From an uncultured Collinsella sp. (lineage in GTDB: Bacteria > Actinomycetota > Coriobacteriia > Coriobacteriales > Coriobacteriaceae): a DNA stretch of 64,000 nt. A program made the position numbers and the translations under genes. Under the pieces are notes generated by a model. That model was not told where the DNA came from, did not search any database, and saw nothing but the letters and a program-made list of their open reading frames with translations. The stretch is from positions 5,204 through 69,203 of the forward strand of contig CABUIY010000007.1 of assembly GCA_902491765.1 (NCBI GenBank). Reading direction: 5' to 3'. This document shows positions 28,126 to 36,437 of the stretch, in pieces (within the stretch, counting starts at the first letter, position 1; every line of letters begins with the position of its first letter).

Positions 28126-28857
28126 CTAGAACATGCCCAAGAAACCATGCACAAACAGCGCGGCCACAATAGCACCGACAAACGGAGCGATGCCAGGAAC
28201 AAGCAGGCCGTACTTCCAGTTGTTGTCAGCCTTGTTCTTGATCGGCAGCACCTGATAGGCCATGCGAGGACCAAGGTCACGAGCCTGGTTCATGGCGAAG
28301 CCGGTGATACCGCCCATGCCCATGCCAACAGCCCAAACGATCAGACCGACGCAGATGGCGAGCATCAGGACGTTCTCGCCAGCACGGTTAGCAGCAGCAA
28401 GGATGGCGCTGATGAACACAAAAGTGCAGATAGCCTCGCAGAAGAAGTTGCGGGCATAGTTCGTACCCTCGGTGGTGGGGTTGGTCGAGAAGATATTGCG
28501 CTGGGCAATGGGATCGACGACACCATCGGAAGCCTTGAACTCATCGGCATACATAAGCCACGCGATCACGGCACCCGCAAAGCCGCCGAGCATATCGGCA
28601 ATCATGAAGGGGATGCAGCTGCTCCACGGCACCAGGCCGACGATGCACTGGGCAAGCACCATGGCGGGGTTCATGCACACGGCGCCGCCAAAGATAAACA
28701 GAGCAACCGAGATGCCAAAAGACCAAGTGGTGATGGCAAACATATGACCAGAGCCCTGATACTTGGTGCCCTTGAGCACGGTATCGCAGTGCACGCCCAC
28801 GCCAAAGATGATCATGAGGGCCGTTGCGCCGAATTCGCAGAGGAGTTTGGTAAGCAT
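28126..28857 (-). CDS. MIP-family aquaglyceroporin (LarD/GlpF-like)
   Basis: 243 aa with 6 TM helices. The first NPA motif is present (MNPAM). The second reads NQARDLGPR. The gene is adjacent to larA. Confidence 0.88.
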   Translation of the reverse strand: MLTKLLCEFGATALMIIFGVGVHCDTVLKGTKYQGSGHMFAITTWSFGISVALFIFGGAVCMNPAMVLAQCIVGLVPWSSCIPFMIADMLGGFAGAVIAWLMYADEFKASDGVVDPIAQRNIFSTNPTTEGTNYARNFFCEAICTFVFISAILAAANRAGENVLMLAICVGLIVWAVGMGMGGITGFAMNQARDLGPRMAYQVLPIKNKADNNWKYGLLVPGIAPFVGAIVAALFVHGFLGMF

Positions 28858-28906
28858 AAAACCTTATCTTTCTTGTCGGTTATAAACGATTCGTTTAGGC
28901 CGCGTA

Positions 28907-30184
28907 CTAGTGCTGAGCGACGACAACGCCCAGGCCATCGGGAATGACGGCCACCTTGGCATCGGCACCCTTCATCTCAAAGGCGAGCTTGAGCGCCTCA
29001 TCGAGGGTGTTAACCGGCGTCATGTGCATATCCTTGATCATCTGGTGATCGCACAGGTCGGTAACCATGATCACAGGGTGATGCGCCAGGATGCGGGCAA
29101 AGATCTGGCTCGTCCACTGGTCGGGCAGGGTCTCGTCCTTAGGACGGTCGATGCAGGCGCGCTCAAACTCTGCCGGATCATTGTCGGCGATGTTGTGATA
29201 GAAGCCCTCGCCACCGTGACCGTCGGCACAACCGGCGACATCGATGATCACGCCGCCCTCGGGAAGTGTGGCCTCTGCAGAGCACATGCCCTTCACGGCC
29301 TGATAGATGTTCTGGTCGAGCGGGTAGCCGCCGTTGGTGGTAATGGCAATCTCGCACTCGACGGGCTCAACGCCGGCAAGGCTCTTCACGAACTCGCAGC
29401 CAGCCTCGTGCGCCTTGTGAATGTCGCCGGCAAAGGAGCCGATGACCTCGTGCTTGCCGTTGAGCACCACGTTGAGCACAAAGGCAAGGTGAGCCATCTC
29501 GGCGGCGGCGAACATGTCCTCGCTCACATGGTTGTGGCACAGGTTGCCGGCACGCGAGTGGGAATCATTCACAAACTGACCGTTGTGGTTGTACATGATG
29601 GTCTTGTAGCTGGCGACGCCGGGCAGCACGGACTTGCGGCTGCCGGAGAAACCGGCAAAGAAGTGCGGCTCAATAAAGCCCTCGGCAAGCAACAGATCGC
29701 AATCGGCGGCAATCTTGTTGATGATGCACTCGCCACCAGAAGGCAGGGTGCCGATCTTTTTCATCATGCTGTCATCGGTCGCGACGTGCATAACGATTTC
29801 CTCGTTGGCAACGATCTCCTCGCCGTACTTGTTGACGAGCTCCTCGTGCGTCGACGGACGGTGCATGCCCGTAGCAACCAGAATACGCACGCGAGCCTCG
29901 GGCGCAGCAGAATGGATGTGATGCAGCAGAATAGGCATCGTCACACGCGAGGGAACGGGACGCGTATGATCGGAGCTAATGATGACAATATCCTTCTTGC
30001 CAGCACAAAGCTCCTCGAGCGAAGGCGAGCCATAAGGGTTGGCAAGCGACTCCTCCACCAGCTCTTCCTGCGATTTTGTAGTCTTAAACTCGTTTTGATG
30101 ACCTTCCATCACACCCGCAAAGTTCTTATCCTCGAGCTCCAGATGCAACGTCTTGTGGTCAAACGGCAGTTCACATTCAAACAA
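28907..30184 (-). CDS. larA: Nickel-dependent lactate racemase LarA
   Basis: LANPYGSPSLEEL...KDIVIISSDHTRPVPS...VATGMHRP... are LarA-family motifs. I place the start at the in-frame TTG at 30182-30184 (FECELPFDHKTLHLEL), after GGAAGAGGG. That gives about 425 aa. The 79-aa track extension is Arg-rich and not protein-like. Confidence 0.85.
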   Translation of the reverse strand: MFECELPFDHKTLHLELEDKNFAGVMEGHQNEFKTTKSQEELVEESLANPYGSPSLEELCAGKKDIVIISSDHTRPVPSRVTMPILLHHIHSAAPEARVRILVATGMHRPSTHEELVNKYGEEIVANEEIVMHVATDDSMMKKIGTLPSGGECIINKIAADCDLLLAEGFIEPHFFAGFSGSRKSVLPGVASYKTIMYNHNGQFVNDSHSRAGNLCHNHVSEDMFAAAEMAHLAFVLNVVLNGKHEVIGSFAGDIHKAHEAGCEFVKSLAGVEPVECEIAITTNGGYPLDQNIYQAVKGMCSAEATLPEGGVIIDVAGCADGHGGEGFYHNIADNDPAEFERACIDRPKDETLPDQWTSQIFARILAHHPVIMVTDLCDHQMIKDMHMTPVNTLDEALKLAFEMKGADAKVAVIPDGLGVVVAQH

Positions 30185-30422
30185 TGACGAGCGCCCTCTT
30201 CCTTTCAACTGACACACTAGATAAACCGTTGGAAGGATACGCCGCTCACCGAAAAACACCACCGTCCACCGACTCGTTAACACAACGTTCATATTTGACC
30301 CACAACAAAACGGCCGCGACCCCAAACGGGACCGCGACCGCCTGTCAAAGACACTATAGACAGGATGATTTACGCAGCGCCGAGGCAAACATCTAGCCCG
30401 AGACGTACGCACGTAAGCCATT

Positions 30423-30452
30423 TTGCATAAATGCGTTAATTAATTGCATAAA
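30423..30452. promoter_or_regulatory. Direct repeat TTGCATAAA x2 (21-bp period) flanking TTAATTAA, about 240 nt upstream of larA
   Basis: TTGCATAAA occurs at 30423-30431 and 30444-30452 within an AT-rich patch of otherwise GC-rich DNA. Confidence 0.4.
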
Positions 30453-30763
30453 ATGGCGCATGGATTTCTAGCCGTAACAGGGTGGTACCCTCCGGAGCGT
30501 GCATTTTTGCGAGTATTCAGCATCGCGGGATAAGATTTTGGTGTCAAAAGTCTTTCAAAAGGTAGATAGTCCTCATGACTCGTCCCATCTGGATAGCATG
30601 CGGCGAGAAACCAGCCATATATGAACATCGCCAAAGCCCAATCGTCGTGCAAAAGCATCAACAGGGGCCGCGAACGTCACCCATAGCCTTATGCACCAAT
30701 CTTTGGCTGCTGAAAACTCCGTTTTTTGCACGTCGTCCCAAGCACCACCCTCACCCAGCGGCT

Positions 30764-30849
30764 GATCCGCCGAAGACCGGACATCGCAGGGCCCGCCATT
30801 AGTTTACTTTTAGGCACACTCCGCAGGACGCAAGAAGCCCTCGCCGCAC
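30764..30849. repeat. 86-nt direct repeat copy 1 (left half of palindromic family copy B, no right arm)
   Basis: ATCCGCCGAAGACCGGACATCGCAGGGCCCGCCATTAGTTTACTTTTAGGCACACTCCGCAGGACGCAAGAAGCCCTCGCCGCAC recurs at 31004-31089. Confidence 0.85.
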
Positions 30850-31003
30850 TCCACGCTATGCGCGAAGCGCGCCTTATTCCCTTTAGTTTTAACCCCAGAA
30901 GACCGAGGACGAAGGGATCCGATGGGTTTCCCTCTGAATGCACTCCGCAGCACGAAGCCCCTTCCAAACGCGCGAAGCGCGCCATTAATTCCCCCAGCCA
31001 GTA

Positions 31004-31154
31004 ATCCGCCGAAGACCGGACATCGCAGGGCCCGCCATTAGTTTACTTTTAGGCACACTCCGCAGGACGCAAGAAGCCCTCGCCGCACGAAGTGCGCAGC
31101 GAGGGCTTCTTGCATGTCCGAGGACGTGCCTAAAAGTAAACTGATGGCGGGCCC
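31004..31154. repeat. Direct repeat copy 2 plus a complete 127-nt palindromic element (family copy B, 31028-31154) with an embedded terminator downstream of ppc
   Basis: The outer arms 31028-31056 / 31126-31154 have 1 mismatch. The core is the same as in copy A. The inner stem GCAAGAAGCCCTCGC / GCGAGGGCTTCTTGC differs from copy A by compensatory changes. Confidence 0.85.
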
Positions 31155-31175
31155 GGACGACTACAGGGCTATCGA

Positions 31176-34001
31176 TTACCCCGTGTTCTGCAATCCTGCC
31201 GAGACGCCGGTCACAGTCGAAAGAATCAGGCTCATGTACTCGGCCTTCTTCTCCTCGGCCATCTCGTCCTGGTTCATACGCACCTCGCGAAGGGCGCGGA
31301 CCTGGGCGATGGACAGGGCATCGACGTAGGGGTTACGCACGCGAACGGCGCAGCCGAGCACGCGACGGCGCTGCAGCGGCCACTCGTCACCGACGATGGC
31401 AAGGACCCACTTACGAGTGAGCTGCATCTCGGTAAAGACCTTCTTGGACAGATCATCACGATCGCCCAGGTGCAGATACATCTTGGCGATGCGTTGATCG
31501 GTCTTAGCGATCGACATCTCGATGTTGTCGATAAAGGTGCGGAAGAACGGCCACTCCTGGTAGGCGGCCTTGAGCTGGTCAAGATCGCCCAGCTGCTCGC
31601 AGGCGGTGCCCAGGCCGTACCAAGCGGCCAGGTTAATGCGCGCCTGGCTCCAGCTGAAGATCCACGGAATGGTACGCAGGTCGTCGAGCGACTTGGCACC
31701 CAGGCCGCGCTTGGCGGGACGCGAGCCGATCGGCAGCAGACCGACCTCGGTCAACGGCGTCACGGTCGAGAACCACGGTGTAAAGTCCTCGGTGTTCAGC
31801 AGGTCCAGATAACGCTCGTGGCTTGCGGTGTTGAGCTTCTCAGCCATATCCCAGAACTTCTGAGTAGTCTCGGTGTTGGTCTTCTCGACACTCGGGGCCG
31901 ACTGCAAAAGCGTTGCGGCGGCAACGGACTCAACATGACGCTGAGCCAGCGTGCGGTTGCCGTAACGGGCAAAGATGACCTCGCCCTGCTCGGTGAGCTT
32001 AAAGAAGCAGTTGACCGAACCCTTGGGCTGCGCCAGCACGGCTTTGTTGGCCGGGCCGCCGCCACGGCCCACGGCACCGCCGCGACCGTGCATGAGCACC
32101 AGGTCGATATCGTTCTTCTCTGCCCACTTGGCGATGCGCTCCTGCGCGGAGTGCAGCGCGAGCATGGCCGTGGTAGGACCGGCATCCTTGGAAGAGTCGG
32201 AATAGCCCAGCATGACCTCCATGCGGCGGTTGGTCTGGGCAAGGCGCTTTTGCACCACGGGCAGCGTAAGCATCTGGTCGAGCACGTCGACGCAGCCCTC
32301 GAGGTCCTCGAGCTGCTCGAACAGCGGGATCACGTCGAGCTCGGGGACATCCTCCTCGTGTGCAAAGGACAGGTGGGCAAGCTCAAAGACGTCGGCCACA
32401 TGCTGGGCACTCTTGGTGAACGAGATGATGTAGCGATGCGCCATCTTCTTGCCGTAGCGCTTTTGGATGGAGCCGATAGCGCGGAAGGTATCGATAACCT
32501 CGCGCGTCATGGGCTGCAGATCGCCATGGATGCCGTTCTCGTGGATATCCTTGAGGGCGCGGGCGTGCACCACGGAGTGCTGACGGAACTCCATCTCGAC
32601 CATATGGAAGCCGAAGGACTCGACCTGCCAGATGATGGTCTGCACCGGACCGTAGGCGGCACGGACGGCACCGCAGGCAGCCAGCGAACGCTGGACGACG
32701 CGCAGGTCATCCAGGAATTCGTCGGCACTGTGATACATGGTGTCGGTGATGCGGCGCACGGTGGCGTTCAGACGATCGGCCATGACGAGCATGACGGCGC
32801 GATGCGGCTCGTGCTCGGAGATCAGCTCGGCGCGAGCCGTGTACCGAGGGCTCATCTCGACCTGATGGTTCCACAGGTTAATGAGCTCGGCAGAAGGCTT
32901 ACTGTAGGTGGCCTCGAGCGTGAGGTTGCGGCCGATGCGGCGGCACTTGTCCTCGAGCTTGAGCACCATGTGGGTGAAGTACTTGGCGGCGACCTCACGG
33001 CTCACCTTAGCGGTGACGTTGGGGTTACCGTCGCGGTCGGAACCGATCCAGCTGCCGGGATGGAAGAACGCCGGGCACAGCGGCGGCACGGTACCGGCCT
33101 TGTCGCCCAGCACCCAGTCGTCAAAGCGACGATAGATGACGGGGATGACGTCGAACAGCGTGTTATCGAAGATGTCGATGATGGTATCGGCTTCCTCGAC
33201 CGGCGTGGGCTTCTTGAGCGCGATGGGGCTCGTACGCACCAGGGCGTCGATCTCCTGCAGCATATGGCGCTCGTTCTCCACCAGGTCGGAGCCGCCCAGA
33301 CGCGGACGCTCCTCCAGCAGGTTGGAGATACGGCGAATCTTGCCCTCGACGGCCTTACGACGGGCCTCGGTGGGATGCGCGGTAAAGACGGGATGGAACT
33401 CAAGCTTGCCGAGCAGCTCGTTGGCGCCCTCGACGCCCAGTTCATTCACCAGCTGGTGATAGGCGACGGTGAGCTCGTTGGCGGGATCGACCTCGGTATC
33501 GGTCGACGCACCGGCCTCGCGCTCGCGCAGCTGCGCCACACGGTAGTTCTCCTCCGACAGGTTTGCCAGGTGGAAGAAGCTCGTAAAGGCGCGGACAATG
33601 ACCTGCTGCTTATCGAGCGGCAGGCTGTCGATCAGATCGACGACCTCACGAAATGCCACGGCAGTGGGCTCGTCGGCGGTGGGCACGCCCTGCTCGTCGA
33701 CGGCCTCGTCGGCAGCGCGAGTACCGGGGTTGCCGGCATTGGCCACAATCTCGGCCGACAGGATCTTGTCGAACAGGTCCGCGATCTCAGGATCATACTC
33801 GCTAAGCACACGACGCTCCAGGCGCAGGAACAACGCCAGATTGTCGCGCAGCTCCTCGGGGATCTCGATCTCGGCGAGACGCTCCCTGGACTCGGCATTC
33901 GAGCCGATTCGGTTAACGAGGCGGTTGACCACGGCAGCGACGCGCGCCGCGGCTTCGGGTACAGACTGGTTGCTTAGGTTCTCAGCCACGTTTCCTCCCA
34001 T
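31176..34001 (-). CDS. ppc: Phosphoenolpyruvate carboxylase
   Basis: 941 aa with PEPC motifs: VFTAHPTE, the GSWIGSDRDGNP-like loop, MLGYSDSSKDAG, FHGRGG-like MHGRGGAVGRGGGP, and a C-terminal QNTG. The start may instead be the GVG-region GTG at 33989. Confidence 0.95.
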   Translation of the reverse strand: MGGNVAENLSNQSVPEAAARVAAVVNRLVNRIGSNAESRERLAEIEIPEELRDNLALFLRLERRVLSEYDPEIADLFDKILSAEIVANAGNPGTRAADEAVDEQGVPTADEPTAVAFREVVDLIDSLPLDKQQVIVRAFTSFFHLANLSEENYRVAQLREREAGASTDTEVDPANELTVAYHQLVNELGVEGANELLGKLEFHPVFTAHPTEARRKAVEGKIRRISNLLEERPRLGGSDLVENERHMLQEIDALVRTSPIALKKPTPVEEADTIIDIFDNTLFDVIPVIYRRFDDWVLGDKAGTVPPLCPAFFHPGSWIGSDRDGNPNVTAKVSREVAAKYFTHMVLKLEDKCRRIGRNLTLEATYSKPSAELINLWNHQVEMSPRYTARAELISEHEPHRAVMLVMADRLNATVRRITDTMYHSADEFLDDLRVVQRSLAACGAVRAAYGPVQTIIWQVESFGFHMVEMEFRQHSVVHARALKDIHENGIHGDLQPMTREVIDTFRAIGSIQKRYGKKMAHRYIISFTKSAQHVADVFELAHLSFAHEEDVPELDVIPLFEQLEDLEGCVDVLDQMLTLPVVQKRLAQTNRRMEVMLGYSDSSKDAGPTTAMLALHSAQERIAKWAEKNDIDLVLMHGRGGAVGRGGGPANKAVLAQPKGSVNCFFKLTEQGEVIFARYGNRTLAQRHVESVAAATLLQSAPSVEKTNTETTQKFWDMAEKLNTASHERYLDLLNTEDFTPWFSTVTPLTEVGLLPIGSRPAKRGLGAKSLDDLRTIPWIFSWSQARINLAAWYGLGTACEQLGDLDQLKAAYQEWPFFRTFIDNIEMSIAKTDQRIAKMYLHLGDRDDLSKKVFTEMQLTRKWVLAIVGDEWPLQRRRVLGCAVRVRNPYVDALSIAQVRALREVRMNQDEMAEEKKAEYMSLILSTVTGVSAGLQNTG

Positions 34002-34246
34002 TCCTCCTTCTATGCACGTAACATGCGGTATTCATTATAGGCGCTTGAGAAATACTTTCGACACTGATTGCGCTTTACCACACAAAAGTATTTTCTGCAT
34101 TGCAAGGGTTTTTGCCCTAAATGGTCGTATTTCTCGGTGGACGGCATACACAAACGGGGGCATTCCGCATAAATGCGAAACACCCCCGTAACAATCGCTC
34201 GCCGCGAGCGGGACATGTTAGCGGGTCCGCAGCTCAAAAAGATGCG

Positions 34247-35566
34247 CTACAGGCGCTCGCGAACCGCCTCGACGACGTTGGCCAGATCGGCAAGGACCTC
34301 TTCGTGGCTCTGCATGTCGCGCACCTTAACCTTGCCGGCGGCAAGCTCGTCGCCGCCCAGAACCAGGATGAGCTTGGCGCCCACCTTATCGGCCTGCTTA
34401 AACTGGGCTTTGAGCGAACGGCCCTGATAGTCGGCCTCGGTCACGATACCTGCGGCGCGAAGCTCCTGCGTAATGGCAAAGACGTTCTGGCGCAGCTCCT
34501 TGCCTGCGTTGGCGACATAGACGCACGGGGCCTCCTCGGCACCCAGATCGCTGCCAAAGGCCTGCAGGGCCAGCAGGGCGCGCTCAAAACCGACGGCAAA
34601 GCCGACGCCCGCCGTGGGCTTGCCACCCTCGAGCTCGACCAGGCCGTCGTAGCGGCCGCCGCCACCGATGGAGCCGACGCCGGCGCCGGGGGCCTCGACC
34701 TCAAAGACAGTACGGGTGTAGTAGTCCAGGCCGCGCACCAAGGTGGGATCCTCGACATACTCGATACCGGCGGCATCCAGATAGCGCTTGACCTGCTCGT
34801 AGTGCTCGCGGCACTCGTCGCACAGGTTGTCACCCATCAGCGGAGCCTCGGCCATGATCTCGCGGCAGTGGTCGTTCTTGCAGTCGAAGGCACGCAGCGG
34901 GTTGAGCTCGGCGCGCTCGCGGCACTCGTCGCACATCTCGTCGGCGTGATCGAGGATAAACTGCTTGACCTGCTCGCGATAGGCCGGACGACACTGGGCG
35001 TCACCCATCGAGTTGATGAGCAGACGAAGCTTGGAAAGATCGAAGCCCAGGCGCTTGTAGAACTCCATGAGCATGATGATGCACTCGGCGTCTGCCGCCG
35101 GATCGGGAGCGCCGAGCCACTCGATACCCACCTGGTGGAACTGGCGCAGGCGGCCCTTCTGGGGACGCTCGCCGCGGAACATGGCCTCGGCGTAGTACGC
35201 CTTAAACGGCGTGGAGCCCTGGGGCACCAGGTTGTTCTCGACGACGGCGCGCACCACGCCGGCCGTGCCCTCGGGGCGAAGTGCCAGGCGCTGCTTGGGC
35301 TTGAGCTTGGTATCGGTACCCTCGGTAAAGACGCGCTCCAGGTTGGCGCCGCTAAACACGCGGAACATCTCCTTGCGCACGACGTCGGTCGACTGGCCGA
35401 TGCCGTGGACAAAGACGTCCACCTGCTCGATCGCGGGCGTCTCGATAGGTTTAAAACCAAACGGCTCGAACACGCCGGCAGCGATCTGCTGCATCTTTTG
35501 CCAGGCGCGCATCTCGGCGCCGATAAGGTCGCGGGTTCCCTCCGCCTTCTGTGCCTGCATGGGCAA
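34247..35566 (-). CDS. hisS: Histidine--tRNA ligase
   Basis: 439 aa. Motifs: GTRDL, FRGERPQKGRLRQFHQ (motif 2), GGGRYD (motif 3). The C-terminal anticodon-binding domain is present. Confidence 0.95.
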   Translation of the reverse strand: MPMQAQKAEGTRDLIGAEMRAWQKMQQIAAGVFEPFGFKPIETPAIEQVDVFVHGIGQSTDVVRKEMFRVFSGANLERVFTEGTDTKLKPKQRLALRPEGTAGVVRAVVENNLVPQGSTPFKAYYAEAMFRGERPQKGRLRQFHQVGIEWLGAPDPAADAECIIMLMEFYKRLGFDLSKLRLLINSMGDAQCRPAYREQVKQFILDHADEMCDECRERAELNPLRAFDCKNDHCREIMAEAPLMGDNLCDECREHYEQVKRYLDAAGIEYVEDPTLVRGLDYYTRTVFEVEAPGAGVGSIGGGGRYDGLVELEGGKPTAGVGFAVGFERALLALQAFGSDLGAEEAPCVYVANAGKELRQNVFAITQELRAAGIVTEADYQGRSLKAQFKQADKVGAKLILVLGGDELAAGKVKVRDMQSHEEVLADLANVVEAVRERL

Positions 35567-35602
35567 ACACCTTTCTTTTGTATCGCGTCATAGGTAACGG
35601 TC

Positions 35603-35608
35603 ATTATA
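35603..35608 (-). promoter_or_regulatory. Candidate -10 box (TATAAT) of hisS
   Basis: The minus strand reads GTGCCGTATAATGACC about 35 nt upstream of the hisS ATG. No convincing -35 was seen. Confidence 0.4.
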
Positions 35609-35640
35609 CGGCACAAACACAAACCGCGGCGGCGCGTCTG

Positions 35641-35829
35641 ACCGAACGAGGGTATGGGGACTCGTTCGGCCTGACGCACCGCCGCTGTTTGCGATCCGCT
35701 TTCCTCCGTCCCCTTCGGATCACGTGATCTGTTGGGGACGGAGGAAAACGGATCATTTCGTAGGCCCGTGGCCGCCTTGGAAACCGAATGATGGTACGAG
35801 CATCCATTCGGCTTCCAAGGCGGCCACGG
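35641..35829. repeat. Three consecutive long hairpins between the truncated MFS gene and the hisS promoter
   Basis: Hairpin 1 is 35641-35669 (ACCGAACGAG/CTCGTTCGG). Hairpin 2 is 35693-35754 (about 21-bp stem GATCCGCTTTCCTCCGTCCCC / GGGGACGGAGGAAAACGGATC, loop containing GATCACGTGATC). Hairpin 3 is 35767-35829 (about 25-bp stem CCGTGGCCGCCTTGGAAACCGAATG / CATTCGGCTTCCAAGGCGGCCACGG). Confidence 0.8.
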
Positions 35830-35864
35830 ACAGAACGGGACGAACAGAAAAGAGCGACGGACGT

Positions 35865-36314
35865 CTACTCCCCCGCCACGCTCGCGCGCAGCTTGGCGGC
35901 GATGGGCTCCGAGGCCAGCAGGAATACGAGCATGACCACAGAACACACCAGGCACACGATCCAGGCGCTCGCAAAGGAGCCAGAGACGGCAAAGAGCACG
36001 TAGACCTGCCACAGCTCGCCCACAAAGCTCATGCTGACAAGCACGGCAGAGGTAGCGATAACGGTTAGGGAGCCCAAAACGCGACCGCTTACTTTATCGG
36101 CAACATGGCCAATGACAAGCGATCCGATAACGCTCACCACGGTAGAGATCGCATTGGAGATGTTGTACTGCGCAAGAGATATTCCCAAGTCGCTGACGAT
36201 GAGCGGCTGGAACAGGCTCATGCAGTTGACGAAAATCGTGTAGCACGTGGCCATGATCACGAAGCCGGAGGCCACCACGAGCCAGCCGGGGAAGAACTTA
36301 CGCTGCTGGGGCAT
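35865..36314 (-). pseudogene. Truncated MFS transporter (N-terminal ~4 TM helices only)
   Basis: The 149-aa ORF starts like an MFS permease (FFPGWLVVASGFVIMATCYTIFVNCMSLF...GHVADKVSGR). It ends after about 4 helices in a non-membrane tail (ASEPIAAKLRASVAGE). Full-length MFS proteins have 12 TM helices. Confidence 0.6.
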
Positions 36315-36437
36315 ACTGCTCCTTATTTAACAAACGAATAGCCGGCGCCGGGCGCCGGTAGTGCCCAAGATTGCCTTGAAAGACAAGGGCATAGGCCTTA
36401 TGGCCATGCCCGCAGGCTTGAAAGGCAAGGTTGGATG

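Noticed and set aside
28907-30421. 504-aa version of LarA starting at 30421.
   Set aside because: The extra 79 residues (MAYVRTSRARCLPRRCVNH...) are Arg/Cys-rich and unlike any LarA N-terminus. A TTG with an RBS at 30184 gives the canonical length and the canonical N-terminal beta-strand motif.
30440-30661. 73-aa ORF (MMLLHDDWALAMFIYGWFLAACYPDG...) in the larA-ppc gap.
   Set aside because: It has no RBS and no recognisable family, and it lies in a repeat-rich non-coding patch. It could be a gene fragment, but I cannot support it.
35567-35864. T-box leader upstream of hisS.
   Set aside because: In minus-strand sense I find no T-box sequence (AANNNGGTGGTACCGCG-like), no specifier-loop architecture and no terminator/antiterminator pair. 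The hairpins lie upstream of the candidate -10 box, so they are probably not in the hisS transcript.
34837-36012. 391-aa minus-strand ORF spanning the hisS 5' half and the hairpin region; also the small ORFs 35604-35807, 35724-36068 and 44323-44505.
   Set aside because: It is out of frame with hisS, extremely Arg/Pro/Ser-rich, and runs through palindromic repeats. The small ORFs are simply translations of hairpin arms.
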